From: Cyanophora paradoxa CCMP329
Taxonomy: Eukaryota > Plantae > Glaucophyta
Length of the DNA stretch: 64,000 nucleotides
NCBI GenBank assembly: GCA_004431415.1
Contig: QPMI01000520.1
Location: 124,001 to 188,000 of the forward strand
Direction: 5' to 3'
Shown here piece after piece: positions 12,056 to 23,408 of this stretch. The translations under genes were made by a program, and so were the position numbers. How positions within the stretch are numbered: position 1 is the stretch's first letter; every line of letters begins with the position of its first letter. The notes under the pieces are model-generated. The model saw nothing but the letters and a program-made list of their open reading frames with translations, did no database searches and was not told the DNA's origin.

Positions 12056-14466
12056 CTAGAGGGCGCGCGACCGGGGGGCGGCGAAGGCGGCGCCGTCGAG
12101 GGGGGACACGGGGCCCCCGGGGGCGCAGGAGGCGGCGGGTGAGCCTGCCTCCGAGGCGGGGGCGTGGGGGTCGGTCGGGGAGCAGCTGCGCGGGGAGGGG
12201 GCGAAGGAGGACAGGCCGGAGGCGGGGGGCCCGGGGGCGAGGGAGGGGGCCCGGAGGGGCCGGAGGCGAGGGAGGCGCAGTAGGAGGCGAGGGAGTGGTA
12301 CTGGGCGCGCAGGGCGGCGAGCTCGGCGTCCAGGGCCGAGAGGGCGCCCGGGCCCCCCGCCGGCGACCCCGGCGACGAGGCCTGCGACGCCCCCGGCGAG
12401 GCCTCCCCCTCCTCCCCCGCGCTGCCCGCCCCGCTCCGCTCGGGCGTCGCCGCCGCCTCCGCCGCCGCCGCCCTCGTCGAGGCCGCCGAGGGCGGCCGCG
12501 GCGGGAGCGGCCCCGCGGCCGGCGCGGCCGGCGGCGGGCGCCCGGCGAGCCTCGCGCGGAGGATCTCCCCCGCGATCTCGTCCTCCAGCGCCCGCGCCGC
12601 CCGCGCCGCCCGCGCCCCGGCCCCTCCTCCCCGTGCCCCTCCTGCGGCATGCCGGCGGCGGCGGCGCGGCTGCGGGCGGCGGCCGCCCCGCGCGCTCCTT
12701 GCGCAGCTCCGCCTCGAGCAGGGCCTGCGGGGCGGCGTGAGGGGCGGGGCGCGGCTGCGGGGGCGGGGCGGGCCTTGTCGGCGCGGGCGCGGTCGAGGTC
12801 GAGGGAGAGGCGCCGCACAAGGGCGAGCAGGTCCCGGCCCCTGCGGCCCCTGCGGCCCGGCCCCGCTCCGCCCGCAGCTGGCTCGCCTTCAGGCCCTCCA
12901 GCTGCCGCCGCCGGCGCGTCAGGGGCAGGGCAGGCCGGCTGCGGCGCGGGGCGGGCGGGGTCGGCGTGCGCGCGCCTCGATCTCGGCGCGCTCGCGCTCG
13001 CGGCGCTCTGCGGCGAGGCTCGCCGCCACCGACCGCGCCTCCTCCTCCGCCCCGCCGCCTGCGCAGCGGCGCCGCGTCGGCCTCCGGCCTCGGCGGCGGC
13101 GCCCCCGCGGCTCGGGCGCGCACCCTGCGGCGCTCGGCCTCGAGGGCGGCCTCGGCGGCGGCGAGGCGGCCCTCCAGGCGCCCGCCCCGCCTCCGCCCGG
13201 CCCCGCGCCTCCGCCTCGGCGTCCGCCGCCTGCGCCCGTGCCGGCCCCCGCTCAGCCGAGAGGTGCCTATCCCCATCCCCGCCGCCTTCAGCGGACCTCC
13301 TCGGCGGCGCGGGCGCGGGCCTCGGCGGCGTCCGCCCTCGCCCCGGCCTCCGAGAAGGCCCTGCGCGCCCAGGTGAGCGCGGCGCCGAGGCCCCGCCCGG
13401 GCCGCCGGGCCGGCACCTGAGGGCCTCCTCGCGGGCCGCCCGCCGCTCCCGCTCGATGCCGGCCTCCGCCTCCCGCAGCGCCACCAGCTCCTCCGCCCTG
13501 CCCCGCCCCGCGTCAGCCGCCGAGCGCGCCGCGCTGGCGCGAACGGGACGCGCGGGCGCGCCTGCGCCTGCGTGTCGCGTCGGCGTCGCGCTTCAGCTGA
13601 GCGTTCTCCTCCCGCAGCTGCGCGTGCAGCAGACGGACGCTGCGCGGGCGTCGGACCGAGCCGAGCAAGCGGGGCGCTCGCTCGAGCGCCGGAGGCGGCA
13701 CCTCTCGAGCTTGGCGTCGACGGCGTGGCGGAGGAGGAGGAGGGAGCTCTGCACGCGCTCCGCCGCCGCCTTGACCAGCGCCGGTGCCTCCTCCAGCCTC
13801 GCCCCCGCCCCCCGCGGAGACGAGCACGCCGACCCGCACCGCGTCGCCGTCCCCGCCGCCGGCCCCACGCTCGGCACCAGCTCTGCGTCGCACTCTAAGC
13901 CTCAGCGGGGCGGCGCGGAGGCCGGCAGCGGGCGGTGCACCGCGCTGCGTGCGCAGGGCGGCCTGCTCGAGGGCGCCGAAGGCGTCGATCGCCGTGCGGA
14001 GGCTGGCCTCCAGCTCGAGGGCCCGCGCCTCGGCGCCCGACTTCTCCGCCTCGGCGCGCCGCTTGTCCGCCTCAACCTCCCGCCTCGCGCGCGCGAGGGC
14101 GCCGATCTCTTGCTGGAGAGATGCTACGCGTGCATCCTGTTTCAGGAGGACCTCCCGCTGCTCCGCCCGCACCTCCTCCGACGCGCGCGCGAGCATCTCG
14201 CGCCACCTCGCTTTCAACTCGCTGAACTCGCGCTTATGTACCGCGTCGCGCTCCCGCGAGGCGTGTACCTCCGCCCGTAGAAGCTCGTTCTCGTTCTTCA
14301 GCACGGTCGCCAGCACCGCCTGGGTCGAGGCGATGGCCGCCGGATCGTAGCAAGGGCCGCCCGGGGCGGCGCGGGCCTTTGGGCAGGCGCCGCCAGGCGC
14401 CACGCGGGGCTCCGGCATTCCGGGGCTCGCGTACGTCGACGCAGGTGCAGGCGTGCTCCGCCGCAT
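12056..14466 (-). CDS. Long coiled-coil hypothetical protein
   Basis: Heptad-rich LKNENELLRAEVHASRERD...ALELEASLRTA and further Ala/Glu/Arg exons; boundaries approximate. Confidence 0.6.
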
Positions 14467-14599
14467 CGATCGCAACGTTACTTTTTTTCTTGCGTTCTTC
14501 CCCCCGGGGGCCCCCCTCACGACAGGGTACCACATTCGTTCACGGTCGAGGCGAGCGCATATAAGGGAGGGACTTTCCAGAAGGAGGCGCAGAACAACG

Positions 14600-15505
14600 A
14601 TGTTGAAGCTCAGCGCTAAGCGTCCGTTTGAGCAGCAGCTGCCGCCGGGCCCTCTGGCAGCGTGCTCTCCCCATAGGATTGCCTTCCTTGACTCGCCCAA
14701 CAAGCGGCCGCGGGGTGTTTCCGCTGGAGATGGCTTCGGCACTTCCCCTCAACAATATCAGGCCCAGCCTCCCCCCGTGGATCGCGAGTTCGGGGCCATG
14801 TCGATGTCCCCGACACGGACCTCTCCCACTCGCTCGGACTCGCCGTTCGGGTCTCAGCCGCTCAATATGGGTGCGTTTCTTCCCTTCTTAGGGCCAGAAA
14901 GCCCCCAAGCCACTGTCGCGCCGCAACCCCTCGTTCAAGTTCGGCGATCCCTTCGCCTCGTCTTTCGCGGCCCGCCCGCCCGCACCATGGCTAGCTGTGG
15001 GTCTTTCTAGACTTTCCTACGCCGCAAAGGGATCACCGCTTCCCTGCCCACCGAACTGACTGCTCGCATTGGTCCCTCAGATGAGCGGATGCTCTCCTAC
15101 ATCCCCCGCAACAAGCGGAAACAAGTAATCGCAATGTTGAGCCAGCAGCCGCAGCAGATGATGCCCGGGCAACCGCCTAGTGTGCCCGAGCCGGTCTTTA
15201 CGCTGTCGGAAGTCCGCGAGATCGTGCAGCGGGCGCTAGAAGATCGCGAGAACATTCTGCGGTCGGAGTACGATAAGATCCTCCAGGAGCGGCTCACAGG
15301 TCCGCCGCGCACTCTTCGCGCCATCTCGTCTCGTCCCCCTTGACCGGAGTCCGCGCGCGGCAGAGCAATTCCACCATTTCGCCAAGTTCAATGAGGACTA
15401 CATCTCACGGCAACTGAAGCAGAGGTGCTTCGCGACACCCTGTGCCTCCCGCCGCCTCCAGACCGCTGACCATCTCTGCGCAGCCAATTCAGCTACATCG
15501 AGTAG
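14600..15505 (+). CDS. AKIRIN: Akirin
   Basis: N-terminal KRPF..SPNKRPR NLS, SPF motif, C-terminal FTLSEVREIVQRALEDRENILRSEYDKILQERLTEQFHHFAKFNEDYISRQLKQSQFSYIE* after splicing. Confidence 0.9.
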
Positions 15506-16379
15506 CCTACATGCCCCAGCCGCTCTGTGGCGCACTTCGCTTTTTCCTCTTTTTCTAATGTGGACTCTTGGTTTCGACAACGTAGCGTTTTGCTGTTGAT
15601 CGTCCTTCTCCTTCTCGAAGTCTTTCCATTGTCGGCTCCAACCATCGCTAGCTCGAGTGAGCGGTTTGAAGCCTGTTTCAGAACTATTTCATGTCTTCCC
15701 CCTTTGGGGCGTCATTCAGGACTTTGCCCTCTGCGCCTTCTCTGCATAAGAAAGAAAAGATCTGTCTTGTACTTGTATGTGCTTCGGCGCAGGCCACTCT
15801 ACGAGTAAACGGCTAGCCCCAGCAGTACCGCGTCGAGTCGTAACATAGGATGTATTAGGCAGCGTCTGCGGGACTTTCATCTGCATTCAGCTCGAGCTAG
15901 CTCGCCATTGCGACTCTGTAGCTGTTCAATTCGATCAAATCCGTGGTGTGGTCCCTTGCACGTGGACATGGGCTTGCAATTACATTGGGATGGTTCGCTA
16001 GCTAGTGCGACCCGCGCCTAGAAGTGCGGGATCGAGGTGCGGCCGCTGTTCGTATACTAGGGCCGCGGTAGCTAATATTAATTATATATAACGCTGATCA
16101 TGAGCCAGAGATCTAGCTATAGACGGTCGCGCGCAGGGGTCCTTGCCATTGCAGCTCGCGATCGGGCGCCGGCGCGGGCCCAGGCCGGCGCCTTGATCAT
16201 GAGCGCTCCGGGATCCTTGAGCTTCGGGTCTGGTCATATATGCGCATATATACAGGTATATTCAGCAAATTGCAAATTGCAGCGTCATCGGCGGCGCTCG
16301 CCCCGCGGCCCGTGCGGCTGGATCCGGAGCGCCGCGGCGCCGATCGGAGGCGGGCGGGGGGCGGCGGGGCGGGGGCGCC

Positions 16380-17810
16380 TCAGAGGAGGTGGTGCGCGTG
16401 GGCCTCGGCGGCGGCGGGCAGCCCCGTCTCGTCCGCGTCGGCGGCGCCCTCCGCGAGCGCCCCGTCGCCCTCGTGCCCGCCCCACTCCGCGAAGTCCTGC
16501 CCCGAGGCTCGCGCGGGGGCCCGGGCGGGGACGGGCTCGGGGTCGGGGGTACCGCACCCGGAGGCAGCCGCCGGTGCCGAGGTCGTCGTTGGGGTCGTCG
16601 GGGTCGGTGCCGGAGCCCTCGTAGGGCTTGGGCGGCGGCGGCGGAGGCGGCGGGGCCGGGGGCGCGACGTAGGGCCGGGCCATCACCTGCACCTCGGCCT
16701 GCGGGGCGGGGCGCGCGCCGCCTCAGCCCCCGCCTGGGCCCTGGGGCCGCACGGGCACCAGCTGGAGGTTGGCGCCGTGCTGGGTGATCTTCACGGCGTC
16801 GCCGACCGCGCCGCCGGGGACCTCCGCCACGAGCAGCTCCTGCGGCCCGAACGGCGTGCCCTTGTGGATCACCGGCGGCCGCCCCTGGTACACCTTGTGC
16901 GAGACCTGCCCGCCCCGCCCCGGCCCTGAGCGCTGCTGGGGGGCGCGCGCGGGCCCCGCGGGGCGCCCACCACTTTGCCGTCCTTCAGGACGTCAATGTC
17001 GATGTCTCTCAAGCGCGTGTGACTGTCGCAGCGCGTCGGATATGAACCGAACAGCTCACGGCGCGCGTATCGAGCCCAGCTGCAGCTCACCAGCAGTCTT
17101 GTCTGTTGAAGATCTTGATGTTCTCGATCTTGTACGTTCCCTTTAGGTCGACCTTCCACCTGCAGCCGTGGCATGAGCGGGGGCCGGCCGCGGGCGGGCC
17201 GTGGACCGCGTCGTAATCGGTGCGGTCGGGCCGGGGCGGCACCAGGGCTTGACGTCGCCGGCTGCGGAGTGGTACAGCGGCGACCCCCCCGGGATGCGCG
17301 CGAAGAACTGCGCCCGGGACGTCAGGCGCCCCCGCCGCCGGGCCAGCCGGCGAGCGGCGCGAGGGACAGTGCCCTACCCCGCCCGTTTTCCCGTCTGCAG
17401 GCCGGGCGTGCAGCCTCAGGGCAAGGCGAGGAAACGGGAGCTTGGAGGCGCGGCGCTGGGCGCCGGCGCGCACCGACGGCAGAGCCTGGGCTGGACCACG
17501 GGTCGCTGCCGCCTAAGGACGAGCTGGCCGTCGCCGGCTTGCCCTGCGCCACATTGCCTGCCAGCGCGAGAGCCCGTGCGGGGCGCGGGAGTCAGCGTAG
17601 ACAGAGGAGCCCGCGTTCGCAGCACGCACTCGCCGGAGCGATCGCCGGGCTGCTCGCCACATGTACAGCAGGTCAGGTCCGGCGGATCCGGAGCTAAAGC
17701 GAACCGCGCCCAGGGGGTGGGGCTACAGCTAGATGGCCATGGAGGGCTGCCCAACGTGCGCGATGCCCGCAGGCGCCCCCAAGGCGGGAAATCCCGATCA
17801 AATAGGGCAT
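16380..17810 (-). CDS. F-type lectin (fucolectin/FTP) domain protein with Pro linker and acidic tail; 5' end uncertain
   Basis: NVAQGKPATASS, AVDG, YHS...KPWWKVDL..YKIENIKIFNRQDCCHTRL (H-x27-R-x-D-x4-R fucose motif with vicinal Cys), AEVQVMA. Confidence 0.82.
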
Positions 17811-18448
17811 GATACACGCGAATCCGACCACGGCAGCCCTGGGCCCAAACGGCTCACACTGTACACTAGTACTAGTGTACCACATTGCAGTTGGCGCCGT
17901 CTCTATAGCGAGAGGCGCGGACGCACGGCGCATTCGGTCGCGAGACGCGCAGACCCATTGCCCGCGCGCGACTCGCCGCCGTTCGGGAGCCGACGGGAGG
18001 GAGGGGTCTGACCCTGGGCCGGGTACGGCGCACTTTCGGCGTAGTCGGAGTTGCAGCCATGTCATCGCTCCCAGCGACGCCAATTCGCCAGCCGAAGGCC
18101 CCAGGCGGCGCGACGGGTGCGCGCGTCTTGCGTAAGCGCTCGCGCCAGACTTTTAACCCCTGGCGCAGAGAACTTCGCGGTGATTTTGACCTCTCCCCAC
18201 GCCGCGTCCGCGATTCGACGTCGCGCAGGTCCGTAGGCGCTCACAGCTCTTCGCAAACGAGATCAAGCAGGTGCGCGCGTCGTTCGCAAGCGCGCGGATG
18301 CCAGTTTCGAATTCGCTCCTCCCTCCGCCTCGATTCTGCGGCCGCCGCACGCGACGCGGGAGAGCTGTGCGCGCTCCCGCTGTGTTTAATCAACGTATGG
18401 CGCGCCTTCCAGGATGCGGAGCGCTTCGCGGGCGCGAGCGCGGGCAAG

Positions 18449-20919
18449 ATGCCCGAGAATTCTACGCCGCCGAATCGCAGGCGCGCTGCCGCAGAAGTGC
18501 TTTCTCGACCGCTTCCTGCCGCTCACCGAGAGCAGAAAGTCTATGCCCGCCATGGGCGAGCACGATTCTATCGACGGCGCGTGGCCGCGGTCATTTCGCG
18601 CTTCCTGGTGTCTTCCCTTCGCTGACGCTTCCGCTGGGAGCAGTGCACGAGCTCTCCGTCCAGATGATGCACCGGAATCTTGTGAACATGAAGGAGGTGC
18701 GCGCTTTTTCTTCCCGCCACCGCGCGAATTCGATCCCTTCGCAGGAGATGGACCGCCTTCGCACGGACAATCACATGCTCCGCCGCCAGGTACTCGGGCC
18801 GCTTTTCCTGCTTTTCCTGAGCGAGTGACATTGCTGCGCGCACTCTCAGATTGTAAAGCACACGGGTGCGCACGACATGCTCTCCGTCTCCGCCTAGGCT
18901 TACGCGGCGCAGGGCACTGCACCTCGGGGATCAGCGACCTCGAGGTTCGGGATTTCTGCTTCCTCGGCCCGTCGTAAATTCAAGATTTGACTCGGAGCAG
19001 GCGATTCTGCCGAAGCCCGTGGACAAGGGGACGCAGACGGAGGGGCAAGGGCCCGCTGAGTTCGAGCGCCTCCGCCTTGAGTACCTCCGCCTGCGCCAGC
19101 AGCTCGAGGTCTGCTGTCAAAAAATTGATCTTCATTTGATCTGCGTTCGATTTGCAATTCAATCGGTGCGGGCGGGCGTGCAGCACGAGCGCGGCCGCAT
19201 GATGGCGATGGAGATGGATCTGCAGCGCATGGGGCAGCAGCAGCTGCGCGTCATGCCGCCGCCGGCGTCCCCCTTCCTCCAGTTCAACGGACCCTTCGAT
19301 TTCGGGGGGCACCCGCACAGCCCGCGCGACTACGAGTACCCGTACGGGGGGGCCGCCCTCGACGCCCGCACCGATCCCTACTTCGGCGTACCCTCGCGCC
19401 GGTGCGCCCCGCCCCGCGCCGCGCTGGTCCTTCCTGTCGCGTGCGTCTCATTCGCGCGCAGCTCGTCGGCGCCGAATCTGCAGCCGATCGGCCCGCCGCC
19501 GCCCGTGGCCTCCGAGGCCCGTCCCGCCCCCGTCATCAAAGCTCCGTCAGCCCCGACCCAGCCCGCGGCGCCCGCTGCGCCGCTGGCCACGCCGCCACCA
19601 CCGCCGCCGCCGGCCGCCCCGGCCGGGCCGCCGGAGCGCGATCGCGAGCCTTTCTCCGCGGAGACGGCGACGCCGCCGAAGCCGCCGCGCCCCGCGGCAC
19701 CGGCGGCGGCGTCCGGCGGCGTGCTCGCGACCCCGCCGAAGCCGCCGATGGCCGGCGGGCAGCAGACGCCGCCTTCGGCGCAGACGCCGCCGCGGCCGGC
19801 GGCCGGCCCCGTGCACCGCATGGTCGGGCAGCGCTCCGCCGGGCAGCGCGCCGGGCGACGCCGCCGGTCACGCCGCCGCGCAACGGGCAGGCGGCCGCCC
19901 AGCCGCAGCCGCCCCTCCCCGCCCACGTCGTTTCCTTCCTCGTGCGCGCCCCTCCCAGTCCCCCGCCTCTGCCCCCGCCCGACCCGACGCGCCTCGCAAT
20001 CGCAGGAGGGCAAGCAGACGACGCCGCCCTCGTGCGCACCCACCCGCGCGCCGGCCCCCCGCGCGCTGGGCGGGTCGAGCGGGCGGGGGCAGGGTGGCGC
20101 TCTTCCTGGCGCGGGACCAGGACCCCGTGCCGGCGAACCTGCTGCAGCTGCTCGAGGGCGCCTGGGCCCGCGACGGGCCCCGCAAGCTCTTCAACTTCGT
20201 CCCCGTCCGCCCCCGCCGAGCGGCGCCCCGAGCGCCCCCCGCGGGGGCCGACGCGGGGGGGCGGGGCAGCTGACGTTCAACCGGGCCGGGGAGTGGAAGG
20301 TGGCGCCGCGCCTCGCGCTCCTCGTGGGGGCCGCCAAGGGCCCCGTCGTCGAGCCCTGGGAGCGCGTGCGCCCCCCGCCCGCCCCTCGCCGCCGCCGAGC
20401 CCCCGCCGAGCCCCCGCCCCTGCAGGTCGCCGTCGAGTACATCCGCGACAAGGGCGCGCCCCCGCCCCGCCCCGCCCTCCCCCTCCGCCCCGCCCCCGGG
20501 GCGCTGAGTGGGGGCAGGGTGGCGAACGTGCTGCTGCTCGTGCTGCGCCCCGGCGGGGCGACGCGGACGACGGCGAGCTCTCCGCCGAGGGCGTCCCCTC
20601 CGGCGCGCCCCCGCGCCCCTCCCCGCCCGCGCGCCCCGGGGCGAGGGGCGGGGCGGGGGCGCAGGCGTGGGCAAGGAGCGGGCGGTGCTGAAGCTGGCGA
20701 CACGGGACGGGCGCGTGCCCGAGACCGGCGCCAACCTCAAGGCCGTCACCGTGCGCCACCGCCCCCGCCCCGGCCCCGGCCCCCGGCCCCCCGGCCCCCG
20801 CCCCGCGCGACGCCGAGGGGGCGGGGCGGGGCGGGGCGCAGCGCTTCTACGAGCTGGCGTCACGGGCCCTCCTCGGGGGCGGCGGTGACGGCGCGGCCGG
20901 CATGGGCCGCGAGGACTGA
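18449..20919 (+). CDS. Hypothetical protein: coiled-coil N-terminus, Pro-rich middle, small globular C-terminal domain
   Basis: EMDRLRTDNHMLRRQ, EFERLRLEYLRLRQQLE, repeated TPPKPP, exons LTFNRAGEWKVAPRLALLV / VAVEYIRDKG / VANVLLLVLRP. Confidence 0.55.
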
Positions 20920-22725
20920 GCCCCAGCCGGCACCCCGGAGGAGCCGGAGCTGGGGAGGGGGGGAGGGGGAGGCGGGCCAGCGCCCCGCTGTACATACGAC
21001 TGCCGCGGCGGCGGCTGCGGCCGTCTGGCCCCTGGGGACCGGACTGGACCTCTCTTATTCAAGGACGACAGCGCGTGGTTCGCGCATCGCATTGGCGTAA
21101 TGTGCCAGTTGGCTTTTTCCTTCCTTTTTCGAGTTCTCAGATCGATCGCTCTTTTTCGTTCGTGAGTGCAAGTGCGAGTCTCATCTGATGATCGTGCAAT
21201 GATCACACGCACACGTATAAGTATACGTCGCGGCCCTTTTTTGCGCTCGAGCTTCTTCAACCCGCTTCAGCTTCAGCTTCATTCAATGCTTGCGTTAGCT
21301 TTAGGCGCCTTCGAGGTGCTCGGGGCGGGGCCAGGACCTCCCGATCCCGCGAACATCCCTCCCGATCATCGAGAAAGCTGCATAGCCAGACGCATAGCCA
21401 GACGCATAGTTGCAATTGTGTGGGCAGGCAAGTTGACAGTTGTATATATAAATCATTATGCGCGATCACTCGCATTGTGACGAGTACCCTCGGGATCGGG
21501 CGCGGAACTTCAGATATTGGGGAAGGGTAAAACACTTCCCCTGTCCCTGTCCCTCGGGCCCAACCCTACCCCAAATCCCATTTCCCCGACCTCCGCAAAA
21601 CCCGGGCCGCGCGGTATATCCTGAAAGCACATCTCAAGGGGACTCCGAAACCATGTCTCCCGGTCCCGTCCGACCAAAGGGTGATCCAGGAACAGGCACC
21701 AACACCCGGGACAAAAATGGGTCCAGCGACGCACAGGGAGCAGATATACGGGCCAAACCAGCTCGAGGTCGTTGCGCGCATCATGTCCGACATTCCGTTC
21801 TGCAAGAGCGAGGCCGGGCGCGAGCGCGGTCGCGTGGGAGGACGCCGCGCGCGCTAGCCAATCACATTGGAGAGTCCGTTAACTTACCCTGCAAAAACCT
21901 CTTCGAGTACCCCCGGCCGCTTTCTCCCCCGGGCGCCGCAGCTCGGCTCGGCTCAACAATGGTTACGCCTCTCGCGCGCGCGGCAGTTTGCTGTGGCTCA
22001 CGCACGCTTCCCCCCTCCCTCCCTCCCGCGCGCCCATGGCCAGCTGCAGCGCTTCCTCTTCAGCTCGGCGCGCGCGCGCCGGCCGCGGCTTCAACTGTCA
22101 CGCCTCTCGTGCGCCAACGAGGCGATCGAGGCGCTTCACCCGCGCCAACCGCGCACGCCCCGACGCAATTGCACAAGCCGGCCGCACTTGGCCGCGGCCG
22201 GCTATGCCACTTGCAATTGCAACAAGCCGACGCCCGCGCGGCGCGCGCGCCGCGCGACGCAGAGCCGTCACGGCGTAAGGACCCTCCGGCCGCTTTCTGA
22301 GCGGAGCGTGAGCAGTGACGCACCCGCAGCACATGCGCACTCGTGCACCCGCCACGCCTCACGTGCACGCGCGCGACGGCCGCGGGGCATGCGCAGCCTG
22401 GCAGCTGCAGGAGCTCGAGCACGTCCAGACAAGGTTCCCTCCCCCGCCCCTGGCCCGGGGCCCGCGCCCTACATAGCTCTGGCCCGGGCCCGGGGCCTAC
22501 CTCTAGAGGACAGCTCGCCTCGATCGCGAGGACAGCTCGCCTGGCCATGGCATGGCCAGCCTCGGAGCCGGCCCGGCGGCTCGCCCGAGCTCGAGGTTAA
22601 ATGCCCTTCCCCGGACCCAACTGACGCGCGCGGCAAGTCAGTGGCCCTTTATCTAGATCTAAATCTGCCGCAATCGACGTTAACGTTGCACTGCGCATGC
22701 GGCAATCGTTCGCTTCGATGCGAAA

Positions 22726-22940
22726 TGTAGATCAGAAATGCCCCTAAAAAGAACTGGCTCGCGATCGGTGATCGTGTAGATCAGAAATGATCGAATGCCC
22801 CCCAAAAAGAAAAGACTCGGTGCCACGGTGATCATGACTACGCTGAAACTTGAAAATCATTGAATGAGTTTGCAATTGATTTGAAGTGCCACGCCGTGAC
22901 GGTGCGTCATGATCAGAAAATTGGAAAATCATTGAATTGG
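22726..22940. repeat. Degenerate local duplications in the long intergenic region
   Basis: TGTAGATCAGAAATG...CCCC.AAAAAGAA at 22726 and 22775; GAAAATCATTGAAT twice (about 22852 and 22924). Confidence 0.7.
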
Positions 22941-23408
22941 CAGGGAGTGACGTCGACGTCGACTCTAGATCTAGATCTGAGAATTGGCTTGAAGCGCGTC
23001 GGCTCATAAACTTCGATTGACATGCACCTGAAGTGAGCTTGACACTGGGACGTACATCTACTTGAAGATTAAATCACATACTATGCATGAAGTGCGCTTG
23101 ATCAAGACGCGTACCGAGGTACGGTCACCGGGAATCGATGTGGACATCATGACCATTACACTGCCATGCTGCAGACCCGTCCGCGGCCACGCAGTGCAAA
23201 ACACACAAGAAAAGTTGCGAAACTTGAAAATGAATGCAAACTAAGCTGGAGCTCAAGTACGTTTACTATAAAAGAAGCAGAGGAGATCTAGATTCATGCA
23301 AGCACGGCATGTACACGCATGTACACGATCGCGCCGAAAGGGATGTCGGCGCGATCCCGTCTCGACTCAGCGACCCCGATGCCTCCGCGGCCGATCCGGA
23401 GCCGCTGA

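Noticed and set aside
17087-17095. TGA after NRQDCW as possible selenocysteine or readthrough
   Set aside because: The TGA lies in a GTGAG splice donor; splicing gives NRQDCCHTRL
21458-22730. ORFs of 280 and 287 aa in the intergenic gap
   Set aside because: No ATG start, no recognisable domain, no clear splice pattern; probably non-coding or decayed repeat
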